A stretch of 64,000 nucleotides of DNA. Source: Archaeoglobus sp. Lineage in GTDB: Archaea > Halobacteriota > Archaeoglobi > Archaeoglobales > Archaeoglobaceae. Under the pieces are notes generated by a model that saw nothing but the letters and a program-made list of their open reading frames with translations, was not told the DNA's origin and did no database searches. Within the stretch, counting starts at the first letter, position 1. Each line of letters begins with the position of its first letter. The translations under genes were made by a program, and so were the position numbers. Positions 62,483 to 64,000 of this stretch are shown one piece after another. The stretch is from positions 14,739 to 78,738 of the forward strand of contig JACDNU010000005.1 in assembly GCA_017656505.1 (NCBI GenBank), given 5' to 3'.

Positions 62483-63705
62483 TTCCTCACCTTCGGGGCT
62501 TTTTTAGCTCTAATCTTTCTCTCTGCCAGTTCCCGCTTGTAGTAGCTTATAGGATGATAGATACCCTTGCATGACTCATCGGAGAAGCAGTTGTGATATG
62601 TCTTCATGGTCTCGCATGAAGGTGTTTCGTATTCAGTTCCTTTCGCTCCGGCTATGTGCTCAACTTGATACCGAGTTTTATCCTCATCAAAGTCTGGAGC
62701 GGTCTTGTAGAGGCTGATGATTTCATCAACATCCATTCCAAGGTTGAGGAGAAAGGAGGTGAGGGCAAATCTAGCTGTATGAGGCAAATTCACGCCTGCA
62801 CGCAAGTCAGCCAGAATTTTTCTCATACACGGCGGGAATTTTGAAATCTCGATTTTTTCAAAGCTAATCTTTGGTAAACTTTCTCTCTTCCTCGCTGCCT
62901 TAGCTTTGAGCACATCAATGTCTTTTTTTGCGATTTCAGGCACAAATGCAAGTTCCTTCTGAGAAAGCTTGATTCTGAGATGCTCCTCAAGGATTCTGTT
63001 AAAGTCTGTTCGATTGAGGGAGATGTATCCCCGCTTCAGCTCTCTGTTCAGCAATCTCCAGTTCGGTGATTTCAGCCGAACAGCAACTTTCAGATATGAA
63101 GAAACATGCACCTTAATCTGCGATTTAGATTCCGATCTTAATTCTGATCTAAACTTTGGTCTAAACTCTGACTTAACGGCTAGGTCTGAGGCTAAAAGCT
63201 TTAATATCAGAGGGTTTTCGAGCACAAAGCTCTTAGAATACCTCTCAGCTTCCTTTATTGCATACCTCCTCCGAACCCAGTCGTCAAGATTTGAAACAAG
63301 AATTCTCGAGTAAAGATAGCTGACGGCTGAGATTATCGCATCCTTTTTCCTTTTTCGGTAGAACTCCGTTGGGTGTTCAAGGAGACAATTTCTAAAACAC
63401 TCGCTGCATGAAATGCATTCCTCGCTTAAAAACTCCTTTTCGCACTTTTTGAAACATGCCACATCGCAGTCAATACATAAAAAATCCTCGTGGATAGGAC
63501 GAGTTTGAAACTCTTTTTCCTCTATTATTGCCTCCACAATTTCTCTTCCTTTCTCAATCCCCTCAGCTAAAACTCGATTGCTGGTTTCGAAGATTCTTTC
63601 AAACCCTCCAAATTCGTGTTCAAGGAAAATTCCTGTAATCTTCAAAAACGGGTACCTTGTTATGAGGGGAAGAAAGGGCAGAAAGGGTTTAGGGGATTTG
63701 GGCAT
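62479..63705 (-). CDS. priL: DNA primase large subunit
   Basis: RYPFL, FPPCM, LPHTARF, PDFDEDKTRYQVEHI, YETPSC. Confidence 0.93.
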   Translation of the reverse strand: MPKSPKPFLPFLPLITRYPFLKITGIFLEHEFGGFERIFETSNRVLAEGIEKGREIVEAIIEEKEFQTRPIHEDFLCIDCDVACFKKCEKEFLSEECISCSECFRNCLLEHPTEFYRKRKKDAIISAVSYLYSRILVSNLDDWVRRRYAIKEAERYSKSFVLENPLILKLLASDLAVKSEFRPKFRSELRSESKSQIKVHVSSYLKVAVRLKSPNWRLLNRELKRGYISLNRTDFNRILEEHLRIKLSQKELAFVPEIAKKDIDVLKAKAARKRESLPKISFEKIEISKFPPCMRKILADLRAGVNLPHTARFALTSFLLNLGMDVDEIISLYKTAPDFDEDKTRYQVEHIAGAKGTEYETPSCETMKTYHNCFSDESCKGIYHPISYYKRELAERKIRAKKAPKVRK

Positions 63706-63753
63706 GGGTCAGGGGGTAATATCTTATTTAGATTGTTCTTATTTATCTTGTTC

Positions 63754-64000
63754 CTATTCCGCCTCGATCCTTGGGGCGAGGATGTATTCCACCTTCACTT
63801 TCCCGCCCGCAACCTCGAAAGTCATTCTTCCGGGATAGTCGTTTCCGAGCCTAATCGTGAGCACGTCTCCAGGCGAGGCAACTTTAACGAATTCCTTCAG
63901 GTATTCTAGCGAGAACATGCTTCTAGCTTCCATTCCATTAAATTCCGCAAGCTCAGCCTCGCTGAGATGGAAGGTTATTCTGTCAACATCTCCCTCTGCC
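63754..64000 (-). CDS. pcn: PCNA sliding clamp (C-terminal part; truncated by window edge)
   Basis: Manual translation ...ARSMFSLEYLKEF...LGNDYPG...EYILAPRIEAE*. Confidence 0.92.
   Translation of the reverse strand, partial: AEGDVDRITFHLSEAELAEFNGMEARSMFSLEYLKEFVKVASPGDVLTIRLGNDYPGRMTFEVAGGKVKVEYILAPRIEAE

Overview
Archaeal chromosome segment. The gene set (SepCysS, CetZ, Dph2, eukaryote-type GlyRS, PriL, PCNA, pelota, GatB, TopA, RACE/RamA) and protein style point to a euryarchaeon, most likely Archaeoglobales (inference). Most of the window is housekeeping or metabolic. The main accessory feature is a ~9.5 kb integrated element (30426-39939) bounded by a perfect 44-bp direct repeat that equals the 5' half of a tRNA-Gly(CCC) gene plus 7 nt of leader. 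Its tyrosine integrase is split across the two att sites (SSV1-type) and rejoins in frame on circularisation. It encodes an apparently intact large terminase but no recognisable portal, capsid or tail gene. It also carries an HTH-nuclease-coiled-coil protein, a tandem RHH regulator, an iteron-like non-coding region, cell-surface cargo genes and two copies of a 26-bp hairpin repeat with CRISPR-repeat-like ends. Together these make it a candidate satellite of an archaeal tailed virus. Outside the element: two 46-bp ORB-like repeats with no cdc6 gene nearby, a frameshifted Zn-dehydrogenase with a slippery heptamer, a split restriction-like nuclease, a solo Cas4-like gene and pervasive short tandem micro-duplications. 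All calls come from reading the sequence and motifs; no searches were run.
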